NCBI GenBank assembly: GCA_049522755.1
Contig: JBEKNN010000005.1
Location: 15,768-79,767, forward strand
Origin: Bryobacteraceae bacterium
GTDB lineage: Bacteria; Acidobacteriota; Terriglobia; Bryobacterales; Bryobacteraceae
DNA length: 64,000 nt
Reading direction: 5' to 3'
The notes under the pieces are model-generated. The model had not been told where the DNA came from, did not search any database, and saw only the letters and a list, made by a program, of their open reading frames with translations. The position numbers and the translations under genes were made by a program. The first letter of the stretch is position 1. Each line of letters starts with the position of its first letter. Positions 27,701 through 35,559 of this stretch are shown piece by piece.

Positions 27701-28053
27701 TCGGCCGTGACGCGGATGCGCGCCAAGGCGCCGACATTGGCGAGGGCGCCGGAGACGTCGTAGAATTTGCGCGCAACGAAATCGCGCGTGGCGGGGTCGG
27801 GGAAAAGCGGAGTGAGCGATGGGAGGAGATCTTCGCGGGCGTTGAGGGCGTTTAGATTCAGGAGCGGCGTGGTTGCGGGAGTGGGCTTCCTGGCTTGATA
27901 GACCAGGGAGAATCCGGCGGCGATTAAGAGACTTGCGGCTAGGGTCCAGATTAGCTCGGTGGTGCGCCAGGTGAAAGAACCGGCGGCAAGACCGCCGGCG
28001 CTACCGCGGCTGGCGCTACTGCGGGTCGCTGTGGTGCTGCGGGTGACGGCCAT
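24700..28053 (-). CDS. Fusion protein: N-terminal extension, then SEDS (FtsW/RodA) glycosyltransferase, then class B penicillin-binding protein transpeptidase
   Basis: 1117 aa. Polytopic SEDS region (FQPVEIVRILLVFFLAGYF etc.), an extra TM, a PBP pedestal region (IYDRNGLPLA), and a transpeptidase with an intact STFK, SCN and KTGTA triad. Confidence 0.9.
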   Translation of the reverse strand: MAVTRSTTATRSSASRGSAGGLAAGSFTWRTTELIWTLAASLLIAAGFSLVYQARKPTPATTPLLNLNALNAREDLLPSLTPLFPDPATRDFVARKFYDVSGALANVGALARIRVTADEVAGARALKPFRDRLAGHSSIPLLTADQFRQLKPLYIVREPTRFRRAFLLWTVLFFAAFFAAHIFWSLRRFPGDQTLLPPVLLLTGIGFILMVSLRDPLRDNLLFADFAQGVVVGCVLLAALSALDYQRLMGNLSFVPLLVSFVLSALLIAFGSGPGTSDAKVNLFGFQPVEIVRILLVFFLAGYFASRWDVLRHARETRASLSALTRRFDIPPVEYTLPALVSVALSVAFFFLQKDMGPALIFACLFLALYGIARGSLFVPALGLALVVAAFVSGYVLGVPHTVGERVSMWLSPWNNMIHGGDQLAQSLWAFATGGATGTGIGLGDSQVVPAVHTDLILSALGEEWGFLGVAAVFALFAFIVYRALRIALRARSDYEYFLATGLAAATALQILLISGGALGVTPLSGVVTPFLSYGRTSMLANFAVIAILLSISARPADGKRNAPFRMPTGALGVVLGIAGAAVVAKAAYIQVLHSSAVMGEGTLVVQADGARRYQYNPRFQFVIREIPMGSIYDRNGLPLATSDWAELEKHRADFQQLGIDIDRACSRTESRHYPFGGLTFDLLGDLRTRTRWAASNTSFVERDSARRLRGYDDRPTLVEVKNPKTHAAERVLRYDYRELVPLLRYRYDPQNPAVRRVLDRARNVRMSIDARLQVQVANILRKQLQQTQLDKGAAVVMDPATGDLLAAVSFPQPAIEQIAQPNTLSPANVGQALPPANPAANPDSDSNPYLDRARYGLYPPGSTFKVVTAMAALRKDQQLTHKTYECIRLPDGRVGNYIKGSSRPIRDDIEDKSPHGTVDMERGIIVSCNAYFAQLGAYDVGAQPLLDTANLLGIAAAEPNTAAQLKKSLPQSSYGQGQVVASPFQMARVAATVANAGQMPQGRWIVDETNTRTATAEAVLTADQAQTLARFMREVVTSGTGRRAAASVPMAGKTGTAELQDAASHAWFIGFAPYGTAAHRVALSVLVENGVYGGTAAAPAAAEIVNAAVKLGLIQP

Positions 28054-29987
28054 TAGTGGATTTCCTGGAGGCGGGTGTTGGCGCTTTCCAGGCTCGCCTG
28101 CACGCGCTTGATCTGCACGTTGGAATTGCCGTAGGGCACGACGCTTTGGTAGAGGTTTAGAGCGTGCTGGTAATCGCCGGCGGCGCGGCTGATCTGGTCC
28201 CTTTCCTGTGGAAGACCTTGAATATTGATCGCATCCAGGCGGAGGCGGTCGCCGCGGTCGCGGTAGCCGTCGGCGAGCTCCAGCTTCTCCCGGTTGCCCA
28301 ATTGATAGCCGAAGCGGGCGGCCTGCTGTAGCGCGGCGTCGGCTTTATCGACGTCCTTGAGGCCGTAGATATCGACGAGCGCGAGGCCAAGTTGCGGATC
28401 GGGCGATTGCGGCAGGAGCTGTTGCGCCTGGTTGAACTTTTCGGCAGCCAGCGTCAATTGCCCGGCATCGCGGTGGCGCAAGCCTTCGATGCGCGCGATG
28501 TGGCCTTCGCTGAGACGGTATTCGCCGCGCGCGGTTTCATCGTCGGGATTCACGGCGAGAGCGTGGGAAAGCAGCGTCTGCGCGCGCTCCCAATCCTTTT
28601 CATAGACGGCCTGCGTGTCGTTGCGGTAGCGCGCGATCACGATGTTGGCGGCGTCCAGGAATCGGCGATCGACCAAACCGCGGACGCCCCACAATGCAGA
28701 AGACGAGGGAGCGGTCTTGGAAAGTTCCGTCCATTTCGTCCAGATCTGATCGGGATCGGTGAGCTGTTCCGACTTGATTTCGCGTTCGAGGCCCTGGCCG
28801 GCGTCATGCAGTCGAAACCAGGAGAAGATGGAGGAGCCGCCGTAGAGTACGCAGCCAACCGCGAGAGCCGCAACCACGCGCGTGACATTACGGAAAAGTC
28901 TGGAGCGCAGCGTTGGCTTGGAACCGGGCTTTGGCCAAGCTTGCTTCGATGGGGCGGGCGCGGGCGGCGTGGTGCGGCGCGTGGCGTCGCTGGACGACTG
29001 GCCGAATAAGCGGCCGGACGAGGGATCGGGCACGTGCCGGGCGGTGCGGCGGGTGGCGTCGGGATCGGCAGCGGGGGCGCCACGCGTTGCGGTGCTCGAA
29101 GCGGCGATTGGGGCGGCGCTTGGAGCAACAATGGGGCCGCCGGTGCGAAACAGAATAAGGTCGTTGGCGAAATCGCGCGCAGTGTGATAGCGGACGGCCG
29201 GATCGTTGGCAAGCGCCTTCATCAGAATGCGGCGCAGGGGATCGGGGCACGGGTCGGGCGCGGGCGGCGGAGGAATGCGCGAACGGATCATGCGCTCCAG
29301 GCGCTCGGTGCTCTCGGCGTGATAGGGCGTCATGCCGGTGAGCATTTCGTAGAGCATGACGGCGAGCGACCAAAGGTCGGACTGGGCGTTGACGTCGCCG
29401 GTATCGAGGCGTTCGGGCGAGGCGTAGGGCACGCTGCCGAATTCGTTGCGGGTGAGGCGGCGCGAGAGCGAGAGAGCTTTGGCGATGCCGAAATCGAGCA
29501 CGCGCACTTCGCCGTGCGCGTCGATGCGGACGTTCTTGGGCTTGATGTCGCCGTGGACGATGCCGCGGAAATTCTTGCCGCCGATGGTGGTCTGGAAGTT
29601 GTGCGCGTTCTCCAAAGTCTCGGCGACGGCGATGGCGGCGTCGGCGGCGAATTCGCACTCCAGCGGGCCGTGGCGCATCAACTCGGCGAGATCCTGACCG
29701 TCGATGTATTCCATGGCGACGAAGAAGAAGGTTTCCACGTCGCCGTATTCGAAGACGCCCACGACGTGCGATTCGACGGCGGCGAGGCGCGCCTGCAATT
29801 CGGCGCCGCGGCGCTCGGCTTCGATGGCGTCGCGCGAATCGGCGTCGCCGCAGTGCTCGATGAGCTTGAGGGCTACGGTGCGATTGGCTTCGGTATCCTG
29901 CGCGAGATAGACGTCGGCCATGCCGCCGCGGCCGAGCTTGCGGAGAATCTCATATTTGCCGAGCTTGCGGCTGGCGGGGGCGATCAT
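28053..29987 (-). CDS. Hanks-type Ser/Thr protein kinase with a single TM and a TPR-like extracytoplasmic domain
   Basis: Start chosen at MIAPASRKLGKYEILRKLGRGGMADVY, whose ATGA overlaps the PP2C stop. Catalytic motifs HGDIKPKNV and DFGIAK. A Pro-rich linker and a TM follow, then about 260 aa of helical-repeat region. No PASTA repeats. Confidence 0.9.
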   Translation of the reverse strand: MIAPASRKLGKYEILRKLGRGGMADVYLAQDTEANRTVALKLIEHCGDADSRDAIEAERRGAELQARLAAVESHVVGVFEYGDVETFFFVAMEYIDGQDLAELMRHGPLECEFAADAAIAVAETLENAHNFQTTIGGKNFRGIVHGDIKPKNVRIDAHGEVRVLDFGIAKALSLSRRLTRNEFGSVPYASPERLDTGDVNAQSDLWSLAVMLYEMLTGMTPYHAESTERLERMIRSRIPPPPAPDPCPDPLRRILMKALANDPAVRYHTARDFANDLILFRTGGPIVAPSAAPIAASSTATRGAPAADPDATRRTARHVPDPSSGRLFGQSSSDATRRTTPPAPAPSKQAWPKPGSKPTLRSRLFRNVTRVVAALAVGCVLYGGSSIFSWFRLHDAGQGLEREIKSEQLTDPDQIWTKWTELSKTAPSSSALWGVRGLVDRRFLDAANIVIARYRNDTQAVYEKDWERAQTLLSHALAVNPDDETARGEYRLSEGHIARIEGLRHRDAGQLTLAAEKFNQAQQLLPQSPDPQLGLALVDIYGLKDVDKADAALQQAARFGYQLGNREKLELADGYRDRGDRLRLDAINIQGLPQERDQISRAAGDYQHALNLYQSVVPYGNSNVQIKRVQASLESANTRLQEIH

Positions 29988-31534
29988 TTCTTCTTGCCTC
30001 CGTGGGCCGGCGGTTTGGCATCGACCATAAAATTGTGTTCGCGGATGGCGTCGGGCGCGATATTGGGCGGCAATTCGAGCACGGCGGTCCACGGAACTTG
30101 CGCCGCGCTTCTTTCGAAGACGTTGCCGACGAGCTCCGGGGTGGCGCCGTCGCGCGCGGCGATGGACGGGCCTTTGATGCGCTGGAACGTGTTGTGCGTG
30201 ACTAAGGGCGAAGAGGCGCCCGCGATCAGCAGGCCCTCGGCGATGCAATCGTGGATGGCGTTGCCGCGCAAGGTGGGGCTGGCGGCGCCGCGGATCTCGA
30301 TGCCCACGTTGGCGCCTTCGATATCGACGCCTTCGATATCGACGCTGGAATTGTCGAGCAGAATGCCGGAGGAGAGCGGAGTTTGCGCGTCGCCTTGAAT
30401 GAGGAAGCCGGTGACCCGGGCGGTGTGGACATCTTTGGCTACGATGGCGGGGCCGCCGCCAACGGAGGCGACCAGACGGGCTTCGCGCAGAACGCGGCTG
30501 CGCAAGGTGACGCCGGATTTCAGAGTCACCTGCTCGCGATATTCGCCGGCGAGGACTTCGACGGTGTCGTTGGGGCGCGCCTGGGCGAGAGCGGCGGCGA
30601 TGGTGTCGAAGCGCGCGCCGTGGCCGGCGGAGAGCACGCGCGGCTCAATGACGACGGGCAGCGGAACGAAATAGGGGCGCGCGAACCAGGCTGCGGCCAG
30701 CGCCAGCGCGAGGCCGTAGACGAAAACCGCGGGGCGGCTGGCGAAGGGGTTGCCGGATGGAGCGGGCGCGTGGGGCGCGGCGGGCGCGGTGAACTGATCG
30801 CCTTCCACCACTACGATGGTGATGTTGTCTTTGCCGCCGGCGCGGTTGGCGGCGTCGATGAGCTCGCGGATGGCGGCGTCGGGGTCGCCCGCGCGGCGCT
30901 CGACGGCGCGCTGAATTTCGGCGGCGGGGACCAGATCGGACAGGCCGTCGCTGCAGAGGAGGAGGGCGCTTTCGGCGTCGAAGGGGATGCGCTGAATCTC
31001 GATGAAGTTGGCGTCGTCGGGCTCGTGTTCCTCGGAGCCGACATCGCGGAAGACCTCATTGCGGCGCGGGTGGCGCATGGCTTCCGTTTCGCCGATCTCG
31101 CCCTTGTCTTCGCGCTCGCCGACGGGGGAATGATCGTGGGTGATTTTGCGAATTTCGCCGCGGCGGATCTGGTAGAGGCGCGAATCGCCCACATGGCCGA
31201 CGACGGCCGATCCATTCTCAAGCACCACCACGGTGAGGACGCAGGCCATGCCTTCCCATTCGGGATTGGCGCGCGCGGCCTTGAGGATTTCGTTATTGGC
31301 GATGGCGATGGCTTCGCGGATGCGCTGTTCGGTGGCGCCGGTCTGACGCTCCAGGCGGGCGCGGAGGCGCTCGACGGCGATGGCGGCGGCTTTCTCGCCG
31401 GCAGCCTGGCCGCCGATGCCGTCGACGACGAGGAAGATACCGCGGTCGGCGTCGATGTGGAAGGCGTCCTCATTGTTGCGGCGAACGCGGCCGGGGTCGG
31501 TGCGGCCGGAGAATTTGATGGCGGTCTTCACCAT
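29984..31534 (-). CDS. PP2C-family Ser/Thr phosphatase with a TM and an extracytoplasmic right-handed beta-helix (PbH1-like) domain
   Basis: Start chosen at MVKTAIKFSGRTDPGRVRRNNEDAF. PP2C motifs VVDGIGG, DGLSD and GGKDNITIVVV. The TM is VFVYGLALALAAAWF. Repetitive G-x-I/V segments then follow (ILLDNSSVDIEGVDIEGANVGIEIRGAASPTLRGNAIHDC). Confidence 0.9.
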   Translation of the reverse strand: MVKTAIKFSGRTDPGRVRRNNEDAFHIDADRGIFLVVDGIGGQAAGEKAAAIAVERLRARLERQTGATEQRIREAIAIANNEILKAARANPEWEGMACVLTVVVLENGSAVVGHVGDSRLYQIRRGEIRKITHDHSPVGEREDKGEIGETEAMRHPRRNEVFRDVGSEEHEPDDANFIEIQRIPFDAESALLLCSDGLSDLVPAAEIQRAVERRAGDPDAAIRELIDAANRAGGKDNITIVVVEGDQFTAPAAPHAPAPSGNPFASRPAVFVYGLALALAAAWFARPYFVPLPVVIEPRVLSAGHGARFDTIAAALAQARPNDTVEVLAGEYREQVTLKSGVTLRSRVLREARLVASVGGGPAIVAKDVHTARVTGFLIQGDAQTPLSSGILLDNSSVDIEGVDIEGANVGIEIRGAASPTLRGNAIHDCIAEGLLIAGASSPLVTHNTFQRIKGPSIAARDGATPELVGNVFERSAAQVPWTAVLELPPNIAPDAIREHNFMVDAKPPAHGGKKK

Positions 31535-31799
31535 GGGAACCCCGTGCGGCGCAAGAATGACGGAACGAAGCCAATTCGGGGTGAAAGGCAATGGAATGAA
31601 CAGGTTGCCAGGGTGCGGCGAGGGGCAATCTGGTTATTGGCCATGGACGGCATAACTGGCTCAACTGATTTTAGCAGTGGGAGGACTCGGATTTCGACGC
31701 TGAGACGCGGAGGCGCTGAGATCGGAAAGACTAAGAGTATGAGGATTGGGAGAAGCGCTTCGCGGGCGGCGGGCCTATTGGACTTTTCGTCGTGTGTGT

Positions 31800-31829
31800 C
31801 CACCGCGATACATACCACCGCGATACATA
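31800..31829. repeat. Perfect 15-bp tandem direct repeat (ccaccgcgatacata x2) in a divergent intergenic region
   Basis: Read directly. It lies about 270 bp upstream of the PP2C operon start and about 130 bp upstream of the promoter-like element at 31961. Confidence 0.9.
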
Positions 31830-31960
31830 TACGTCAAAAACTGCTGAGAGGTTCAGTCCGGCGGGTAGAGCGACGCGGCAGTTGCCGACAGGCCGCTGGA
31901 CGACCGGAATCGTGGATTCGGTCTTGCTTTCGATTCTTCAGACATGGAGGATAAAAGGGC

Positions 31961-31988
31961 TTGACAAGGGCTCCGGCCCGTTTAAAAT
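31961..31988 (+). promoter_or_regulatory. Near-consensus sigma70-like promoter: TTGACA, 16 nt, TAAAAT
   Basis: TTGACA lies at 31961-31966 and TAAAAT at 31983-31988. A small ORF ATG follows at 32011. Confidence 0.4.
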
Positions 31989-32010
31989 AAACTTCAGCTA
32001 AGCGCTGAAT

Positions 32011-32151
32011 ATGTCGACTGCGTGCGATCACACCCGTACCCAGATTATTGCCCGCCGGGATGGCGTCGATTATCTCGAATGCCTGGATTGTCGTCAGATA
32101 TTTGAGGCCGAAGACCTGGAACCAGTCAAAGTGGAGGACGACGAAGAGTAG
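32011..32151 (+). CDS. Candidate small (46 aa) zinc-ribbon-like protein with an acidic tail. Not in the ORF track.
   Basis: MSTACDHTRTQIIARRDGVDYLECLDCRQIFEAEDLEPVKVEDDEE, with C-x-H ... C-x-x-C spacing. It is preceded by the promoter-like element. No SD sequence, and GC3 is lower than in neighbouring genes. Confidence 0.3.
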   Translation: MSTACDHTRTQIIARRDGVDYLECLDCRQIFEAEDLEPVKVEDDEE

Positions 32152-32230
32152 GCCAGGCTCCGCAATTTCGCGCAACTTCAAGGGTTCGCCCCATTACTAT
32201 GCGAAGGCTGGCTCTTGAGGCTCCCAAGGT

Positions 32231-34456
32231 ATGAGGGCAGCTCCCTTTGGGCTTCCACTGGCAATCGCCGCGGCCGGTTTGAGCGCGTGGGCGCAGGTCT
32301 CCGCCACCATCGATATCAACACCGCGCAGACTACGCCGCTTAACGCCAATTTCAGTGGGTTCAACGACGAGGTGGTTTTTCCGGCAGAGTTCTTCGACTA
32401 CCGGCTGAACGCGATCGCGGCTGAGTTAGCGCCGGGTTGGGTGAGGTACCCAAGCGGCAGCTTTAGCGACGCGTTCAACAGGCAGACCGGCCTGATGGCG
32501 TCCTCATGGGCGGCGCAGTTTCAGGGTACGAATATCGCCACGCTGCTGACCGAGGCGGTTCCATGGGTCAACGGGAAAGGAGGCGGCTCGTTTGTGGATG
32601 GGGCGAACCGGGCGAATTTTCTGGGCGCGAAACTGATTGTCTGCGTCTACGGTTTCACGGATACCGCCCAGTCGGCCGGCCAGATGGCTGCATTCGCCAA
32701 GGCCAATAATATTCCCGTGGCGGTGTGGGAGCTATCCAACGAGCCTTATTTGTATCCAAGCTTTTTCACTTCGGGCGCCGACTATGTCACCAAGATGAAG
32801 CCGTATCGCGACGCCATCAAGGCGGCCGACGCCAACGCCGTCGTGGCTATCTTTTTCATCGACGCCGGCGACGCTACTCCCAATCCAACCTGGAACCAAT
32901 CGATCATAAGCTATGGGACGCCTTACTGGGACGCGGTAACTTACCATCACTATCCGCCGCAGAGTACCGGCGCCTTCAGCCAGTGGATGGCGGATGAGAA
33001 TGCCGTGCTGGCGACTAAGACATCGGCGTATGTTACCGGCTATCTCGCGCCGCTGAATCCGCCCGGTACGAAGTTCCTCATCTCGGAGTTTCTTCCCTCC
33101 AACGACGGATTGGGCACAGGCACTTCATTGACCGACGGGACGCTCTATGGCGCTATCTACGCGGCTGAATACACGATGCGGATGTCGAGCGTGCCCGCCA
33201 TGTTGTATGTAGGAATGCACGCACTCACGGGTACTACGGGCGTGTATGCGGTGAACGCTCATTACACCGACGTACAGAATGCGTATGACGCGGGGACAAC
33301 CATTGACACTCTGACGCTCGATTTCGGCTATTACCTCACGGCGCAGCCCCTGGGATTAGCGGTGTTGAACGGCGTTCTGCAAAACACGACTTCCGTGGAT
33401 GCGACCACTGTCACCGGCGGCGCGACTGTGCCCGCTACAGGTCTGGGTACAATTCCAGCTCTCTACGCGCAGGCGTACACCACTGCCACCGGTCGGCAAA
33501 GCGTGGTGATCGCGAACAAGGGCGCGACGGCCAATCAGGTGACGATTCGGGTCAACGGCACGCCGGCGATCGGGCCGCTGCCCGTCACATTCATCGCTGG
33601 GTCAGACCCCGCTACGCAGAACACGGCGGACAGCCAGAATGCCGTCGCGGTGCAGACATCCACCTTGTTTAACCCTGTCACTGTGCCCGCTTATAGCGTG
33701 GTGCGGGTGGATCTGAATCCCTCATTTGTCGCGTCAGCGGTTAACAGCGCCAGTTACGCATCGAGTGTGGTGGCGCCGCAGGAGATTGTGTCGCTGTTCG
33801 GATCGGAAATAGCCTTGCAGACGGCCAGCGCGTCACTGCCTCCTCCCACGGTTCTCGGAGCGCCTCGGTTCAGATCACCGACAGCGCAGGCAACAGTCAG
33901 CTGGCGCCGCTGTTCTCGGTCTCTTACTCCCAGGCGAACATTCTGATTCCGTCGGGTCTCGCAGCCGGCCAGGCGAGCTTCACAACGCTGCACGGGCCGC
34001 CGACGCCAGCGGCGCAACCGGTGTCGCTGACCGGGTCGATGACCATCGCGTCATCCGCGCCGGGACTCTACAGCGCGAACGCGGACGGCGCGGGCGTCGC
34101 CGCTGCCGTCGCTTTTCGCATTACCGCGGCCCAATCAGACAGTGAGTGAGACAGCGTTCACCTGCAATCCGCCCGCGGTGCGTAGCTGTCTGGCATCGCC
34201 ACTGAGCCTGGGCGCGGCGACTGACACGCTGTATGTGGAACTTTATGGCACGGGAATCCGCGGCGCCGCGTCGGTTCAATGTTATGTGGGCGGGCTGAGC
34301 GTGCCGGTGCTCTACGCCGGGCCGGTAGCGGCGAACGCGGGCCTGGATCAAGTGAATATCTCGATCCCGAAGAGTCTGGCGGGCACGGGCGATGTGCGGG
34401 TATATCTGGTTGCGGATGGAGCGATCTCGAACGTGGTCGGCTTGAACGTGCAGTGA
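32231..34456 (+). pseudogene. Secreted clan GH-A-like glycoside hydrolase with a Solibacter-type C-terminal Ig-like domain, interrupted by two frameshifts
   Basis: Signal peptide, then WELSNEPY (acid/base) and FLISEF (nucleophile-like). The C-terminal domain begins NSASYASSVVAPQEIVSLFG. It continues only in another frame from about 33859 (SASVQITDSAGNSQLAPLFSVSYSQANILIP...APGLYSAN...) and in a third frame from 34142 (TAFTCNPP...LYGTGIRG...YAGPVAANAGLDQVNISIPKSLAGTGDV). Confidence 0.6.
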
Positions 34457-34475
34457 GCCTTCGCCATGACGGCAG

Positions 34476-35381
34476 TTACTGCTTGCTCTGCGGCGTCTGG
34501 TTAGTACTTAGTGGTCCAACTGGACTTACTAACTCCGTCCGCCAGATGGGGCAGCCATCACAGAACGGACCCTCCGATTTTACAAAGGCCGGCGGGCTTC
34601 CATCGAGAATCCAAACACGGGTGTCGGGCGGCTGCTTGCCCACTAACGGGGCGACTACTCCACGAACGCCGCCGATGTCAACTTTGACAACATACCTTGT
34701 GGCCTTATGGCGGGCGCCGCCGGTCAAGAACCAGTCTTCGCCTTCGGCGCTAATGGCAAGTTTTACCAGTAGAGGCTTGGGCGCGGCCACTACCATGGAT
34801 GCGGCGGCCGATTGTGCGCCAGGGGCAATATTCTTAAGGAGGACGGGCACTATGCCGTTGGCAAGGTTTGGCGGAGGCTCCAGGCGGTCAGTGACTGCTT
34901 TCTCGCTTCCGTCGCTATCGGCATAACGGACCGCGACCAGACCGGTGGAACCGTTGACTGAGACATCCATCTGGCGTTTGAATACCGGACCCTTTTGCAC
35001 CAGGTGATCGGAGAGAATGTGGAAACTGCCTTTCTGCGAAAAAACCGTGGTTTCGTCCTGTAGCGAGCCATCTTTGAAATGAAAGACCAGCCGGCTGGTA
35101 ACTGCGCCGCCGTGGGTCGCCTGGGTCGAGTCACCATCGGCAATAATTGCACCGTCTAACGTGCGTAAGGTCAGGAAGCCGTGGATTTCGCCCTCCACAT
35201 AGCGTACCGCGATGGGCTCGATAGGGATAGTGGACGTATGGCATACAGCCGCACAGCACAGCGCGAAGGCAAGAAATCCAAACCACCGGGAACGTCCGCC
35301 GGTGAGAAGCGCGAAAGACCGGGATTTGCGGCCATGGCGCTGCGAACTGCAATTCTGAGTGAGCTGTTTCACCACCGACAT
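34476..35381 (-). CDS. Hypothetical membrane-anchored or secreted protein
   Basis: Long ORF with a hydrophobic N-terminal segment (WFGFLAFALCCAAVC). No recognisable motif. Start chosen at MSVVKQ, but 35483 is possible. Confidence 0.45.
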   Translation of the reverse strand: MSVVKQLTQNCSSQRHGRKSRSFALLTGGRSRWFGFLAFALCCAAVCHTSTIPIEPIAVRYVEGEIHGFLTLRTLDGAIIADGDSTQATHGGAVTSRLVFHFKDGSLQDETTVFSQKGSFHILSDHLVQKGPVFKRQMDVSVNGSTGLVAVRYADSDGSEKAVTDRLEPPPNLANGIVPVLLKNIAPGAQSAAASMVVAAPKPLLVKLAISAEGEDWFLTGGARHKATRYVVKVDIGGVRGVVAPLVGKQPPDTRVWILDGSPPAFVKSEGPFCDGCPIWRTELVSPVGPLSTNQTPQSKQ

Positions 35382-35559
35382 CGGCTTGGTCTCCGGAATG
35401 GCAGTAGCAATTAAACGACCGAAGTGGGAAGTGCTCGCAACGAGGCCGATTCGTTGAAACTTACTTCCGGGTTCAGAATGCAATTGCTGCTAAGGTTTAA
35501 TCCGGACTAATGACTTCCCATCTCGCCATCCGAATTCTTATTCTATTTCTCGCTACGGC

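Noticed and set aside
25726-27855. A 709-aa plus-strand ORF, with similar long ORFs at 29034-30398, 30251-31954, 1054-2187, 54335-55279 and 60121-61125, lying antisense to well-supported genes.
   Set aside because: Their translations are low-complexity Arg/Gly/Ala/Glu-rich strings with no motifs. They fully overlap genes that carry clear catalytic signatures on the other strand. Long antisense ORFs of this kind are expected in high-GC DNA.
29988-30248. Track start at 30248 for the Ser/Thr kinase (731 aa).
   Set aside because: The 87-aa extension is Arg-rich out-of-frame overlap with the PP2C gene. The ATG at 29987 overlaps the PP2C stop and sits just before the kinase glycine-rich loop.
31834-32181. 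A 115-aa minus-strand ORF antisense to the proposed 46-aa zinc-ribbon ORF.
   Set aside because: No recognisable domain, an odd composition, and no promoter-like element. The plus-strand small ORF has a near-consensus promoter. Neither is proven, so the small ORF is listed with low confidence only.
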